Assembly: GCA_951804945.1 (NCBI GenBank)
Contig: OX638153.1
Span: 47,926,001-47,990,000 of the forward strand
Direction of reading: 5' to 3'
DNA from: Podarcis cretensis
Lineage: Eukaryota
Length of the DNA: 64,000 nucleotides
The notes under the pieces were generated by a model that was not told where the DNA came from, did not search any database, and saw nothing but the letters and a program-made list of their open reading frames with translations. A program made the translations under genes and the position numbers. Shown here one piece after another: positions 48,804 to 60,706 of this stretch (its first letter is position 1; every line of letters begins with the position of its first letter).

Positions 48804-50332
48804 GAACTCCTATAGGAGTATTCAAGAAAGTGACCACCTCAAATTCTTAGGTACTTCATTTATTTGATAAATTTATATCCTGTCCTCCCTCCCAGAGCAG
48901 CCCAGAGCAGCAACCCCTAAGTGCTATGAAATGAAATAATGAAATGTTACAAAATAAGAGCAATGGCTAGAATCCCAACCTTTTTGGCTCAGAAGTTAAG
49001 TCTTAGTGAATTCATGGACTTATGACCAGGTAAACTGACTTCGGATTCCAGCCTTAGTCTGTGTATGTTCCCTTCAAAGTAAGAGTCTCCGGTATGGTTT
49101 GGACAAAAACATCCCTGCAATGTAGCAAAAAAGGAAAGCCCCACTGCCTACAGCCACCTCATAACAAAAAGGGAAGCTCAACCCTGACCTCACTGAAATG
49201 CTAAAGAAATTCCAGAGCATTCTGAGAAAGTTCTTTTAGAAAAAATGGTGGACAGGTTTCAACAGAGAGCTAGCTATTTGTGTGGTAAGCAGCACACAGT
49301 GATGCACACGCTGTAAGATTAAAGAGATCAGAGGAATTGTGTCTTCCCAGCTTCCTCTAGCTAAATTCTCAAAATCGTGACTTCTTGCTCGCTAGGCTTG
49401 TCTCATTACTTAGTGATAATTAGATTGAAGATGACAGGTAGCTTTGTTGTGAGAGCAGTCTTTTTGATGCACGACTTTTTCCAGTTGCAATCCATTATCT
49501 TGGGAGCAAAGTCAATTCAGTTCAAAGGCAGCTAGACAGTGGGGAGAAGATACTTTTAATATGTGTTTATGTTGAAAGAATGACAAGCCAAGGTGGTTCT
49601 CAAGAATCATCTGAATTCATATTCTCAGGCTGACTTGCAGAGACTTTTGAGTCCATGGTAGACAATGGCTTTTGGTCAGCCTGGAATGTCTTTTTTTATG
49701 CAGTCATGAGTTCATATGGTCATGTAAAATCAGACCACTGCTGCCTGTTGCACACTAAGCTTTTCTTGGGAAAGCTCTTTGTAACCATTGCCTGATCCAG
49801 ACTGAACTCAATGTGCATTTGGGAGCAGTGACCAGATATCACATGGCTTTTCTGACCCTATAACATTGCAAGGGAAAAAAATCAGTTCAAGTTAAAGAAA
49901 AATATCACATCATCCACTGGCTCAAAAAGTTATGTGAACTGAGATCAGTAACTGTTGGTCAAAATATCCCCCCCCCCCCCAAGGAAACTAATTCTTTTGC
50001 TAAAAAGAGTGTTCACACTCTAGGAATGTGCAACACAAGCGATCAGGCCTGCCAAGCCCCACTCAGCCATCTCTTGCCTATCCTCATAGCTCTTCACCTT
50101 TCCTGAACCCCCCCCCCCCCCCGTGGGTATTATCTCAAAGCTTTTTAAATTCTGTTCTGGGTCCCTTTACATACTGCAGCAGTGCAGATGACACTGGAAA
50201 ATGAAAGGGGCTCTCTACTTACTAGAGGCGAGAAATGTTTCTCTGTAAGGTCCACCAGTGGCCATGTTGCACTGCTAGTGTGCGACCTCGGATGGCTTTT
50301 AAAAAGGATTGGACAAATTACTAGAGGATGCA

Positions 50333-51074
50333 GTTGTGGTTCGAGGACCCGACCCCCGCGAAGTAAAATGAAGACACAGGGACACGTGATATAAGGTTAA
50401 TGGGCTAGAAAAGGCCACAACTTTATTGATTACAGCAATGAAAAGGTATTGGCTTAGGCATTGGATCGCGAAACAAGTGGGTTTATTCACCAGGGGTTCA
50501 TCACCTGTTGATGCTAATCCAACTATAGGCTCACCCCTGATGTCACCGAGGGTCGTGCTATGGCCTCCCGCCAAGCAGGCTTCGGACGGAATACACGACC
50601 GCCAGATTCCATTAACGGAATACCCCTAGAAATTGAAGGCATAGGCGATGGCCACACCTAGCACTTCGACACACCACAACACATTATTCCAATGCCTAAC
50701 CTACCCACCAATACCACCAAAAAGTTGTGACGATTGCTACGAGGTAGGCGAAAAAACCAAAAAGCCTAATGCCAAATGGAAAAACTCCTACCAGGCCCCC
50801 CGGGCAACCGGGGCGACCAACCTAAGGTCCATAGCAAGGCCAATGACCTAAGCCCTAACTCAAAGGGAGTGGAGGGTGGGTGACTCGCCCAGGACGACAA
50901 AGAGAAATGAGGCCGGGGGGGAGGCTGGCACTGCAGCATAAAGGCTGCTGGACACGCCCCCCCATGGCACCTGGTTGGACAGCCACCGGGGGGGGCGTGA
51001 GTGCCAGCCAGGTGAGCTGGAGGCAGGGGGCAACGCCCCCTGCTAGGAGCGGTGCTCGGGCTCCCGTCCACAAC
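50333..51074 (-). mobile_element. CpG-rich DIRS/Ngaro-like (tyrosine-recombinase retroelement) non-coding terminal-repeat unit
   Basis: Ends GTTGTGG/CCACAAC with no TSD visible; minus-strand GC box and TATA-like motif, AATAAAGTTGTGGCC near the 3' end; sharp rise in CpG; family assignment from memory of lizard DIRS ends. Confidence 0.55.
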
Positions 51075-53299
51075 CACTCCCCTCTCTTTCAGGGAGGAGA
51101 GTCTTTGGGCTCTTTTTATATGTGTTAAACACATTACATGCATGCCCGCATACTTGTATGCCACCTTTCCTTACTCCAAACCATTAGCATTTGCAGCCCT
51201 TCTTGGAGATTTGTAGCAACGTAAAAGAAATTGTCCTTTTTCAAAATGATTCTAAAAGGAAATTGTATTTCACTTTTTTTTCTTGAAGGACACTGTTAAC
51301 TTGTCTCAGCTCCCTATGACATTGGAGCTTATCTGAGGAAAGCTCTTTCAGGATTTGTATTTGTTTGCCATTATGTGAAAAGTCTTTAACTCACCATAGT
51401 TATCCCATCAAGTCTTCCTTTTGATGAAAACAAATTACAATATCTCTGGCTTGAGATTTATCTCTTGGCCAGGGCTGTAAAGTCCAAAGGGGATCGCTCT
51501 AATTCTGACTTGGAAATTTCAAAATCAGGAGGGAGAGGATTGATCTAGTTAATAATAGATGCTTTCAAATCCTCCAATTCAACTCCATCATTTCCCTCAC
51601 ACTAAGGGGAAGATTGTTTGTGATTGTTCTCATGATGTTCCAGTTTAATGGCTTCCTGAGCATGTATAAGATTTATATATATTTTAAAAATGGTTATTAA
51701 TGTTTAGCTGTAAGATTCATAGTTGAGTTAGCAGTTTTAGCTATTTCATCTACTGTGGAGGTTAATGCTGTAATCTTTTCCTCAAGAGGTTTAAAAGCTT
51801 TATCAAACTTCTCTGTGAACTCTGTTGTAATTTGCTGAAAATGCTTCATAAACTCTTTAGTACTCAGAGGCCCATTTTCCTCATCAAGTGTTCTGGGGAT
51901 TTTGAAGGAAACATAACCACTTTAGAACCACAATGCGATCCCTTCTCATTAGTGTCCAATATTTTCCTCACCTTGAAACAGCTTGTTAACAGCCACTCCT
52001 TTTTGATACAGGCCCAGGAAACATTCCCCTCAGCTCCTACTTCAAATCAATCAATCAATCAATCACTTTAGTATGGTCAATGACCTGTATTCCTACCTCA
52101 ACATTTTTTCATCTCACCACTTTTTCTAGGAATGTCAGTCTTTTTATTTTCTGTCAGCATCAGAGCTTCAAGTTCACGTTGCAATCTTGGATCCTGGCAA
52201 AACCACACAACACAAACACACACACACACCAGTTTCAAATCTACGTCACTTTTGCATATGTGCATCCACAGTTCCATTTCTGCATTTTGCAACTTTGCAA
52301 TCATTTTCAAGGCAAAGAAGGATAGAAGCCTATCCTTCCACGACAAGGTGCCTTCAACCAGCAGCTCCCCCTGCTCCTGAATTTGTCTCTTTCAAACAGC
52401 AAACTTGCTCTTTCTTCATGAACACACACTCACTCACACTTGGTCCCTCCCCTAAACTGAGGTAGGCATACAGGTCATTTAATATCCCAGGAACTTATTA
52501 CGAGATTTTGAGACCGCCCTAGGGTGTATTCATACTTCAACATTTTTTTTTATCGCACCACTATTTCTAGGATTAGACCTTCCCCAAACTCTGGTTTCCC
52601 CTGAGAACTAAAGAGAGATTCCCTGCCCACCCCCATTATTTCTTGCACTGACGATTTAAAAAACAAACAACCAGTGTTGTTTAGTTTACTGTTTTCTACA
52701 GATACTTGCACACATGAACAAAATTGTCCTTAGAGTGGGGAAAATAGCTGCCTCCTATAAGTTATTTCATAGCACATTGGTCAAATAAACAGGGAAAAAC
52801 TGCACCAAAGTTACAGGTAATCCCCTAAAATTTCTCAATAGTATTCTAGGACTGTTAAACAATTTGCATCTTTCAGTGTGTTAAGAACAGAACTGAAAAA
52901 CAAAGATCTGCTTGAAAACATGGTTAGGTATCTTAGGCATTTGTGTTTTCATTTCCAGGAACTTGTGGGGAAGAAGAGTTGATCCTCTATAGCCAGGACC
53001 AAGCTGCAAGAATTTACCTTGAATGCAAAAGAAAATGTAAATTCCTGAGCTCAGTAAATTACCAATACAATGGCCCTCTTTTATTGTAATGTTCTTATCT
53101 CACCATAGCACCTTTTGCAATGTCATAAACATGTCTTTGCTTTTCTTCTAACCACCCAGGTAAAGATTTTTCTTTGTACAATCTTGAGAGGAAACCAATA
53201 GGTCAGCAACTTATCTGTATTGGTTTTCCTGGAACAGAATGTTGATTTACACCAACAAAGGATCAGGCCTGTGCTTTTAAAAAGGACTCACATTGTCCT

Positions 53300-54051
53300 T
53301 GTTGTTGTTTAGTCATTTAGTCGTGTCCGACTCTTCGTGACCCCATGGACCAGAGAACGCCAGGCACTCCTGTCCTCCACTGCCCCCCGCAGCTTGGTCA
53401 GACTCATGCTGGTAACCTCGAAAACACTGTCCAACCATCTCGTCCTCTGTCGCCCCCTTCTCCTTGTGCCCTCCATCTTTCCCAACATCAGGGTCTTCTC
53501 CAGGGAGTCTTCTCTTCTCATGAGGTGGCCAAAGTACTGGAGCCTCAGCTTCACAATCTGTCCTTCCAGTGAGCACTCAGGGCTGATTTCCTTCAGAATG
53601 GAGAGGTTTGATCTTCTTGCAGTCCATGGGACTCTCAAGAGTCTCCTCCAGCACCATAATTCAAAAGCATCAATTCTTCGGCGATCAGCCTTCTTTATGG
53701 TCCAGCTCTCACTTCCATACATCACTACTGGGAAAACCATAGCTTTAACTATACGGACCTTTGTTGGCAAGGTGATGTCTCTACTTCTCAAGATGCTGTC
53801 TAGGCCTGTCATTGCCCTTCTCCCAAGAAGCAGGCGTCTTTTAATTTCGTGGCTGCTGTCACCATCTGCAGTGATCATGGAGCCCAAGAAAGTAAAATCT
53901 CTCACTGCCTCCATTTCTTCCCCTTCTATTTGCCAGGAGGTGATGGGACCAGTAGCCATGATCTTCGTTTTTTTGATGTTGAGCTTCAGACCATATTTTG
54001 CACTCTCCTCTTTCAAAATATTTTGCATATTTTGCACTCTCCTCTTTCAAA
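53300..54051 (-). mobile_element. Bov-B LINE, 5'-truncated, 3' ORF open over ~235 codons
   Basis: KEESAKYGLKLNIKKTKIMA..FLGS..EIKRRL..YGSESW..HGVTKSRTRLND; (CAA)n tail; 10-bp TSD ACATTGTCCT (53290-99, 54052-61). Confidence 0.96.
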
Positions 54052-56729
54052 ACATTGTCCTAGGGTGACCTTTTCCTTACATTCCCATCATTCAGAAAAT
54101 GATCTCCAGAAGCTCATGTTCTAGTTGTTAATCATGAGACAGTGGCTATAGTTTTAACTTGCAACCTAAGAGAAAATCCTTTGTAGATTACCATTTCCCC
54201 CTCTGCTTTAAAGGAGGAAATAAGAAGGGAAAGCTGTGTATGTTGTACTCGTTTCCTGGCAACAACATCTTTGCCATTTTCTACATAAAGTTGTCACTAG
54301 ATCACCTAGGCATTAGAATTCTTGCTAATACAACATTAAAGGTACAATTCTGTTGTTTTCTTTTTTGCTCTTAAGTATGAATATTTGACTACAGTGTTAC
54401 GAGAATTCAGTATCTGGTAGCAAGGGATTTGTATATATGATATTGACTGGGAACAGAATGTTAGTCATACCCTCCAAGGAGAAGCCATTAGAGCTGAATT
54501 AGTGGTTCATCAAAAGCACATGATAAGAGTTTTTATGGAATTGTACCGCTTTATAATGCTGGGGTGCGGAGAGGTGGAGAGAATCACATTTTTTTAAAAA
54601 AAAAAATGTTCCCATTTATCATACAAAAGGAAAGAAGCTTCTGCATACAATAAATATGCAGAATCCAATCCAGCTTTTCCTTTCTGTGCGGGAGCTATAG
54701 CATTTCAAATGCAAGCCCTCACCTGTAGTCTGAAGTGGTTCAGCACCACGAGGACTCCTAAATGGTGCATTAACTCTGCCTAATGTCACTCAGCATTGAT
54801 TATATTTCTGAGCATCTATGAATGTCTTATCACTGAGTGTGTTTGACACTTTTAAATCATGTATGCCAAGCCGTATAAGCTGTCTTTGAAGCAACTCTAA
54901 AAATTCTTTCTTATCCATATCTACATGCTTTGGCTTTGACTTTCAGCAGACTCCTAAATCACTATAGGAGTCCTGAATGTGCTGGAATAGGTGGGACTTG
55001 GTTGCAAAAAAATATGTTTCATTAGGACTGGGAGTAGATGATGCTGTCCAAGAAGGCACATTCAGCTCACAGCACTATCTTCACAACTGGCTGGGCTGAA
55101 GTGTCTGGAAGTCAGCATGAGTTTGCTTTTTCTTCTGTCTGACATGCTGAAAAGGGTGTGTAAAGAAGTCCTGTGTTTGCTTATCTCTCTTCCCGCCGCC
55201 CTCCACCTTCCTAGTTTGCTGAGCTCTCAACATTTCAGGAGTTTCTTACCACCAATGAATTAAGCATCAATATTTCAGTGACAGGTAGGCAGGAAGACAG
55301 ATAGATGGAATTTTTTTTGAGAATGGGAATCTAGTAACTATGTTATTTTTGGCAGGATGGTGACAGACAATAACGTTAATTGATTTTTTAAAAAATATAA
55401 TGCCTGTGTTTTCATTAAGCATTGATGCTAATGGCAGTGCAGGCTTCTAATGACCAGCCTGCCTATCCACTCAGATGCAAATCTTTACAGCTATAGCATA
55501 GTTTAATGAAAATCTTCTGAATGCTAGTGATGTATTTTTAATCAGCTGCATGATTTTGCACAGGAGGTTCTAAAATGTGCAGGGATTCTCCAAGCATGTA
55601 AGAGGTTCCCAATGGCAGGCAACTGCCTTCCATGGGCTGGAAGGTGACAAAAACAATGACAGATGGTCATCTGTGCCCTTCAGCGGGCACATATTAATAT
55701 TGCCCTCTTTGCAAGCTCTAAAGACTAACAGTTCTAATGAAATCACAATTGTCACTGATAACAATAGTGTAATCATAATGTAAGCAGCTGTGAGACCAGG
55801 AAGTGGAAGCTTTTGAAGTACTTGGGTTGGAAAGGAGATGTCATCACAAGAATAGAAAATAAAGGGACATAGGTCGTGTCCTCTGCTTCCATATTTTATA
55901 AGCCCATATGCACGCTCAGGGTTGAAATAAAAGTGATTTCAGTTCTTCCCATCATGGATAATTTGCATTCTAGTACAAATGGATTTAGTTATCTTCTTAC
56001 TTAATGAGTCCAGGGCTGACAGGATGGGGGAATTCAATTCAGTTTGCATTTAAAATTTCTAAAATACTATGAGAACTGAAACAGAGCCTTCCTTTGAAAA
56101 ATGCATTTTTCCACATTTTGCAATGCAGTTTTCTCTTCTAACAAGTATCTTGGATGATTGTTCTTTTGAAGGGCACCTCTTTTTAAGAAAGCATGGGGGA
56201 AGTGTGATTTAAAGCACAGGCACAACCTATAGGTGCCAGTGGCTCTTATGAACCTAACGAATGTGCAGTTTGGAGCGAGCTGGAGAACAGAGGGATGCAC
56301 ACATTCTGATGTGAAAGTTCTTCTTTGCAGTTCCCTGGCCTTATTTGCATGGCATATAAACACAGAGACTCTTGGCAGGTTGTGCCATGATTGTCATTCA
56401 GACTGTGCTAGTGAGCCAAAGGAAACTCAACAGGAGATCACAACCTTGACCTTCCAGCTCTGCAGTCGGAGAGAATAAGCAAAATGCCATCTGCTGATCA
56501 CATTGGCCCTTCAGCTGAGCTGCAATAGCTAATTATCTAGAGTGCTGGGTATTAAGATTTTAAAATGACATAATCTCTTCAGTCAACATGCTAAACATTT
56601 TGGAATTCACACCACTGGGGGATTATAATGCCTATCTCTTTCCATCCTGGATTTACCACAGAATGGCAAAGTGCAAAGATGGAATAAAACTTTTACAATA
56701 CTAGCATCAGACATGTTTCATGAGAGAGG

Positions 56730-57086
56730 GTTGTGGTCTACTAATACCCTGGGATCCTTTTCACATATACTACTGGTAAGCTAGGTGTTCACCATCTTAT
56801 ATTTGTGCAGCTTCCTACTTAAGTGTACTTAAATTCTGCTTAAGTGTAGAATCTTGCATTTGCCCCTATTGAAATTCATTTTGTTAGTTTTGCCTCAGTT
56901 CTCCAATCTGCTAAGGCCATCTTGAATCCTGATTCTATCTTCTGTGGCATTAACTATCCTTCCCAGTTGGTGTCATCTGCAAATTGGATGAGCCCTCTCC
57001 CCTCAATTCCTTTGTCGAAGTCATTTATAAAGTCATTTATAAAGATGTTGAACAGCGGTTAGGCCCAGGACAGAACCCTGTGACTC
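56730..57086 (-). mobile_element. CR1 LINE RT fragment, degraded
   Basis: Minus strand QGSVLG..LFNIFIND..FADDT..EDRIRIQD..NKMNFNRGKCKILHL. Confidence 0.85.
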
Positions 57087-58089
57087 ATTAAACTTTAGTT
57101 AATTGGGCCAAATGAGCACTGTAACTCCCTATTGTCATGCAGAATCATGCAAAATGCCCAAGATTTCTCAAACCTCAGTTTTCTATTACGTCTGAACAAA
57201 GAGCCTGTGATTAATCTCTGAAAATTAGGTTCAGGTCTTTGTTTCAGATCCTGGGGTATAGTAAGAAATTAAACTACAGCTTCCCAGTGCAGCTATAAGA
57301 TTTGCTTCAGGACACGTAAGAGAGGGCAGGAAGAAAGTGGAAAAAGAGGCATTTTGGCACAATAGTTACAGTATTTGTAGACTACTAAGCCATGGTTATG
57401 GCTGAACTGGACCAGAGAAGCATTGTCCTATATGTTATCCATGCATCATCTTTATTGCTACAATTTGTGCATCCCTAAATGAGAAGATTTGGAATCATCA
57501 GAGAATAAATATTCAGTTATCATGAGTATGGGGTTTTACTCTCCCTGCTGACTACTCCTGTTGTTTTGGCATGTATTCTCTAAATTCATGCCCTCATGTT
57601 CACAGCATGGCATGATCAATACATATATTGTTCTCAATACATATGAACTTTACACAGCATGTTATTGTGGGGCTTTTGCCTTTATCAGCAGGGAGGATTT
57701 CAGACTCTGGGCTTTCTTTTGAGTGTAAGATTTATGTATGTGAAATTGTGCTGACAGGATTACTCATGAGTGACAGAATGAAATGGAGCCACAAGTGTGT
57801 AAAGTGGTCATCCCAAATGAGTATAAATAAATCCAATATTTGGAGAAAGATGATGCCTTGCTTGATTTATGCCTCCACTGCCTTGGAAAACACTATTGAA
57901 GATTTTCAATTATTTTTGTTTGAGGTTGTCAGGAGGTATCTGTGCTTAAGGAAAATGGCCATTATGATCACTGGAGTAGAAAGGGAGCTGGTTATGTCAG
58001 GGAGGACTTCACTGTGCTTTTTAAAAAAGCTGCCTTTCTGTAAAACTTTCCATATGTTCTCAAGACACTTTACATGTTATCTCAGCAAC

Positions 58090-58365
58090 TAGCCCCCAAG
58101 ACAGGTCACTACCGTATCTCCACATTACAGATAGGAAACAATGAGATCCAGAAGCAGGTTCAAGATCCCTAAAGAGCTAAGACTTCAGCTGGGAGGTTAT
58201 CACTTCACTTGTATTTTATTTATCTCCACAAGTGCATTTATGTGACAAGGAACTATTGCTTCCAACTGCAGAGAAGGAACTAAGAAAAAGACTGACTTAC
58301 CACCTAAAAGTCATCCCATGAGTGCTGGGCTGAGGAGGGATTTGAACCTCAGTCTCCAGTCCAAC
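58090..58365 (-). mobile_element. MIR/Squam3-like SINE remnants
   Basis: CATTACAGATAGGAAAC and GGGATTTGAACCTCAGTCTCC motifs. Confidence 0.45.
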
Positions 58366-58594
58366 CTTTTTGATACTAGAGCCTGGTATTAAACCTTCCA
58401 CTCATCAACAGGTAAGTGAACAATTAAATCCTGCTTTCTGCAGGGGTCTGCTCTGCTAGTGTGGTACCCGCATGGAACACAATGGCAAAGCATTACTAAG
58501 CAGCTGATGAGTGAAAGGTTCAATCCTGTTTTCTTCAAGGTTCTCCTGTGCCAGTGCATTTACCACAGTAAACGTGCTGGCAAGGCAAGATCAA

Positions 58595-59078
58595 CGTCAG
58601 GGACTGGGCAGAGGAGGAATGGTGGAGACATCTCCTCAGCCTGAGCCTTCCAGAGAAGAAGAAGACAGTTCAAAATTACAACAGGGGGTAGAGGGAGGCC
58701 ACAGCTCAGAGGCAGATGAGGGGGAAAGCTGGGAAATAAAGGGAGAGGAGGAGGAAGAAGAAGCACCAGAGGGGGGACAGCTGACAGACACAGTGTTTTT
58801 AGAAAGCATTCCAGTCCCTCCCTCCCAGAACCCAGCGAGGCTTGAAAGTGGGAGAGCAGAGAGCTCAAAGTCAAAGAACACTTTTTAGTACCTGTAGCGA
58901 TGACACATGAGGAAGTGGGAGAGACGGAGAGGGTGGAGACAACACCATTATTCTAAGAGGCTGCATTCCCAAGCCTCTCTCTCTAAATACTGGATAAAAA
59001 GCAGATGGTAAATACTTTTCCTTGTCTTATCCGTTCCTGGCAACCTGCCGTGGGGGTTGATTCCTCTGAGTCCTGACA
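58595..59078 (+). mobile_element. Solo LTR (probably Gypsy-type), 484 bp
   Basis: (C/T)GTCAGGGACT...AGTCCTGACA inverted termini; TSD ATCAA/ATTAA (4/5). Confidence 0.75.
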
Positions 59079-59171
59079 ATTAAGCAGGATTGAGCTCTCC
59101 ACTCACCAACTGATGAGCAGGGACTTGATTCCTGCTATCTGCAGAAGTCTGAGTTGCCAGCATATTCACTG

Positions 59172-59190
59172 CAATGCCACCTAGTGGCAT
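59172..59190 (-). promoter_or_regulatory. Candidate CTCF motif
   Basis: Minus strand ATGCCACTAGGTGGCATTG fits the core CCACYAGRKGGCR. Confidence 0.4.
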
Positions 59191-60139
59191 AAGCTCATTG
59201 ATGGGTGGACATGGCTAGGGTCAAATTCGACCCCCTAACTGGCTATTATTGACCCATGGTCTGGAGGCTGCCCATTCCTGTATAAGAGCATGTTAGCTCT
59301 CATATCTCATAATGAGCTGACCAACACTGAATTCTCCTGATTAGTACTCATGCTGTCTACAGGGTTCCTGCTGCATGAAACTCTAAAAAACGAGAAACAC
59401 ATTGCAGCTTTAGCCATCAATGATCTAATGGCAAGTATTGATCTGAATCTGTCAGGTCAAAGTCCAGCATTCTACTTTCAAGACCATGCTGGCTCTTAAA
59501 AATACTTTAAGATAGTTTAGGCAAATAAACCATCAAAAAACCCTCTATATTGTTAGAAACATAGTGCATGACTTGAACCGCTGAATTGAAAATGCAGCCT
59601 CTGCCGGGAAATCTGAAGGACTATAAAATTCCATAGCACAGAGAGAGCGAATTGGCTGGTGTCAATTTGCCAGGGTCAGTGAATTTGAAAACAGTAACAT
59701 TTTAGTCAAAAGGAAAGGTCAGTCATAAACCCAAGACACTCATTATAGCTCTCCTTGTGAAACTTCATCTCTTAGCTTTGTACTTCCATCAGAACATGTG
59801 TACAGTCTGTAAAAATAAGTAAGACATCTCATATCCTCTTAATGGATACAATTTGTTTCTCATTTCTACATATGGCGGGTCATAAAATTAAGACTGCAAT
59901 GCTATAGCTACATAACTGGGAGCCATCTCCATAGGAATGCACTGTAATTGATTTAGTAATAATTATTTATTCTCCTGTTCACATAAGGATTTGTTTCTTA
60001 CATATAATAAAAAATTAAGTCTGTCATCAAGCTACAGCTTGCTTAGCAACTAACAGGTGGCTCTGCAAACTACAGTGTGCTGAGACACTTCTGAGACTTG
60101 CTGCACCAGTGGAAGGCAGATTTAGAGACAGAAGTAGGC

Positions 60140-60345
60140 AGGCAGATGTAAAGGAAAGTGATGGTCCAGGTTTGGCAATGAGTATAGGGAAGGGTGAGGT
60201 GTTAAAGAAGGGGTTTTGGGAGGTGTAAAGCAAGGAGATGGTTGGTTTTGGCAAAGTTTAAATGGTCTTTGGGTGGTTTGGGTGAGGTATAAAGTAATTC
60301 AGTGGGTGAGGTGTAAAGGGAGGCATTCTTTTTGTGAGTTGGAGA
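60140..60345 (+). repeat. Degenerate minisatellite (GGGTGAGGTGTAAAG-like units), resumes at 60712-60755
   Basis: Units at ~60142, 60192, 60218, 60280, 60304. Confidence 0.6.
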
Positions 60346-60706
60346 TGTTGGTTTCTGTGTGTTGCCACTGTGCAGTGCTTTGGAGTCACAAGACTCTGTT
60401 TTGCATTCCAGAGATTCCAGACTGTTGGAAGTCTCGTGGGAGACGGGAGACGGATGTGATGTTACTGATTTCCTGTTCCTTTGGTTCAGTTGCTCTCTGC
60501 TCTCACAGAGAGAGGATGTATTTCTTTTCTGTCTGCGTAGCTTAGCAATAAAACTCTTAGCATGTAGCTCATATTTCTCATCACTTTTGCTGCTTTGAAG
60601 CTCTGTGTAATGGGAATGTGCTTGGAGCCTTATCAAAGGCTCAGGTCATTAATCACATTGGAGGGCAATTCCGGAGGAGTCACTTGGTCGAATGCAGGTT
60701 CCGACA
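60346..60706 (+). mobile_element. Solo LTR, probably copia-type, 361 bp
   Basis: TGTTGG...CCGACA ends; perfect 5-bp TSD GGAGA (60341-45, 60707-11); AATAAA at 60547; GTTGCTCTCTG..AGAGAG.GGA block resembles the copia LTR at ~39901-39932. Confidence 0.8.

Noticed and set aside
50465-50560. Hammerhead ribozyme in the DIRS-like unit (GAAAC..CTGATG)
   Set aside because: Stem III has only 2 bp, stem I is incompatible, and A9 is missing.
53337-54068. 243-aa plus-strand ORF
   Set aside because: Antisense shadow of the Bov-B ORF; the same occurs at 30622-31101.
60076-60345. Extension of the solo LTR upstream
   Set aside because: The perfect GGAGA TSD and TGTTGG/CCGACA ends fix the LTR at 60346-60706.
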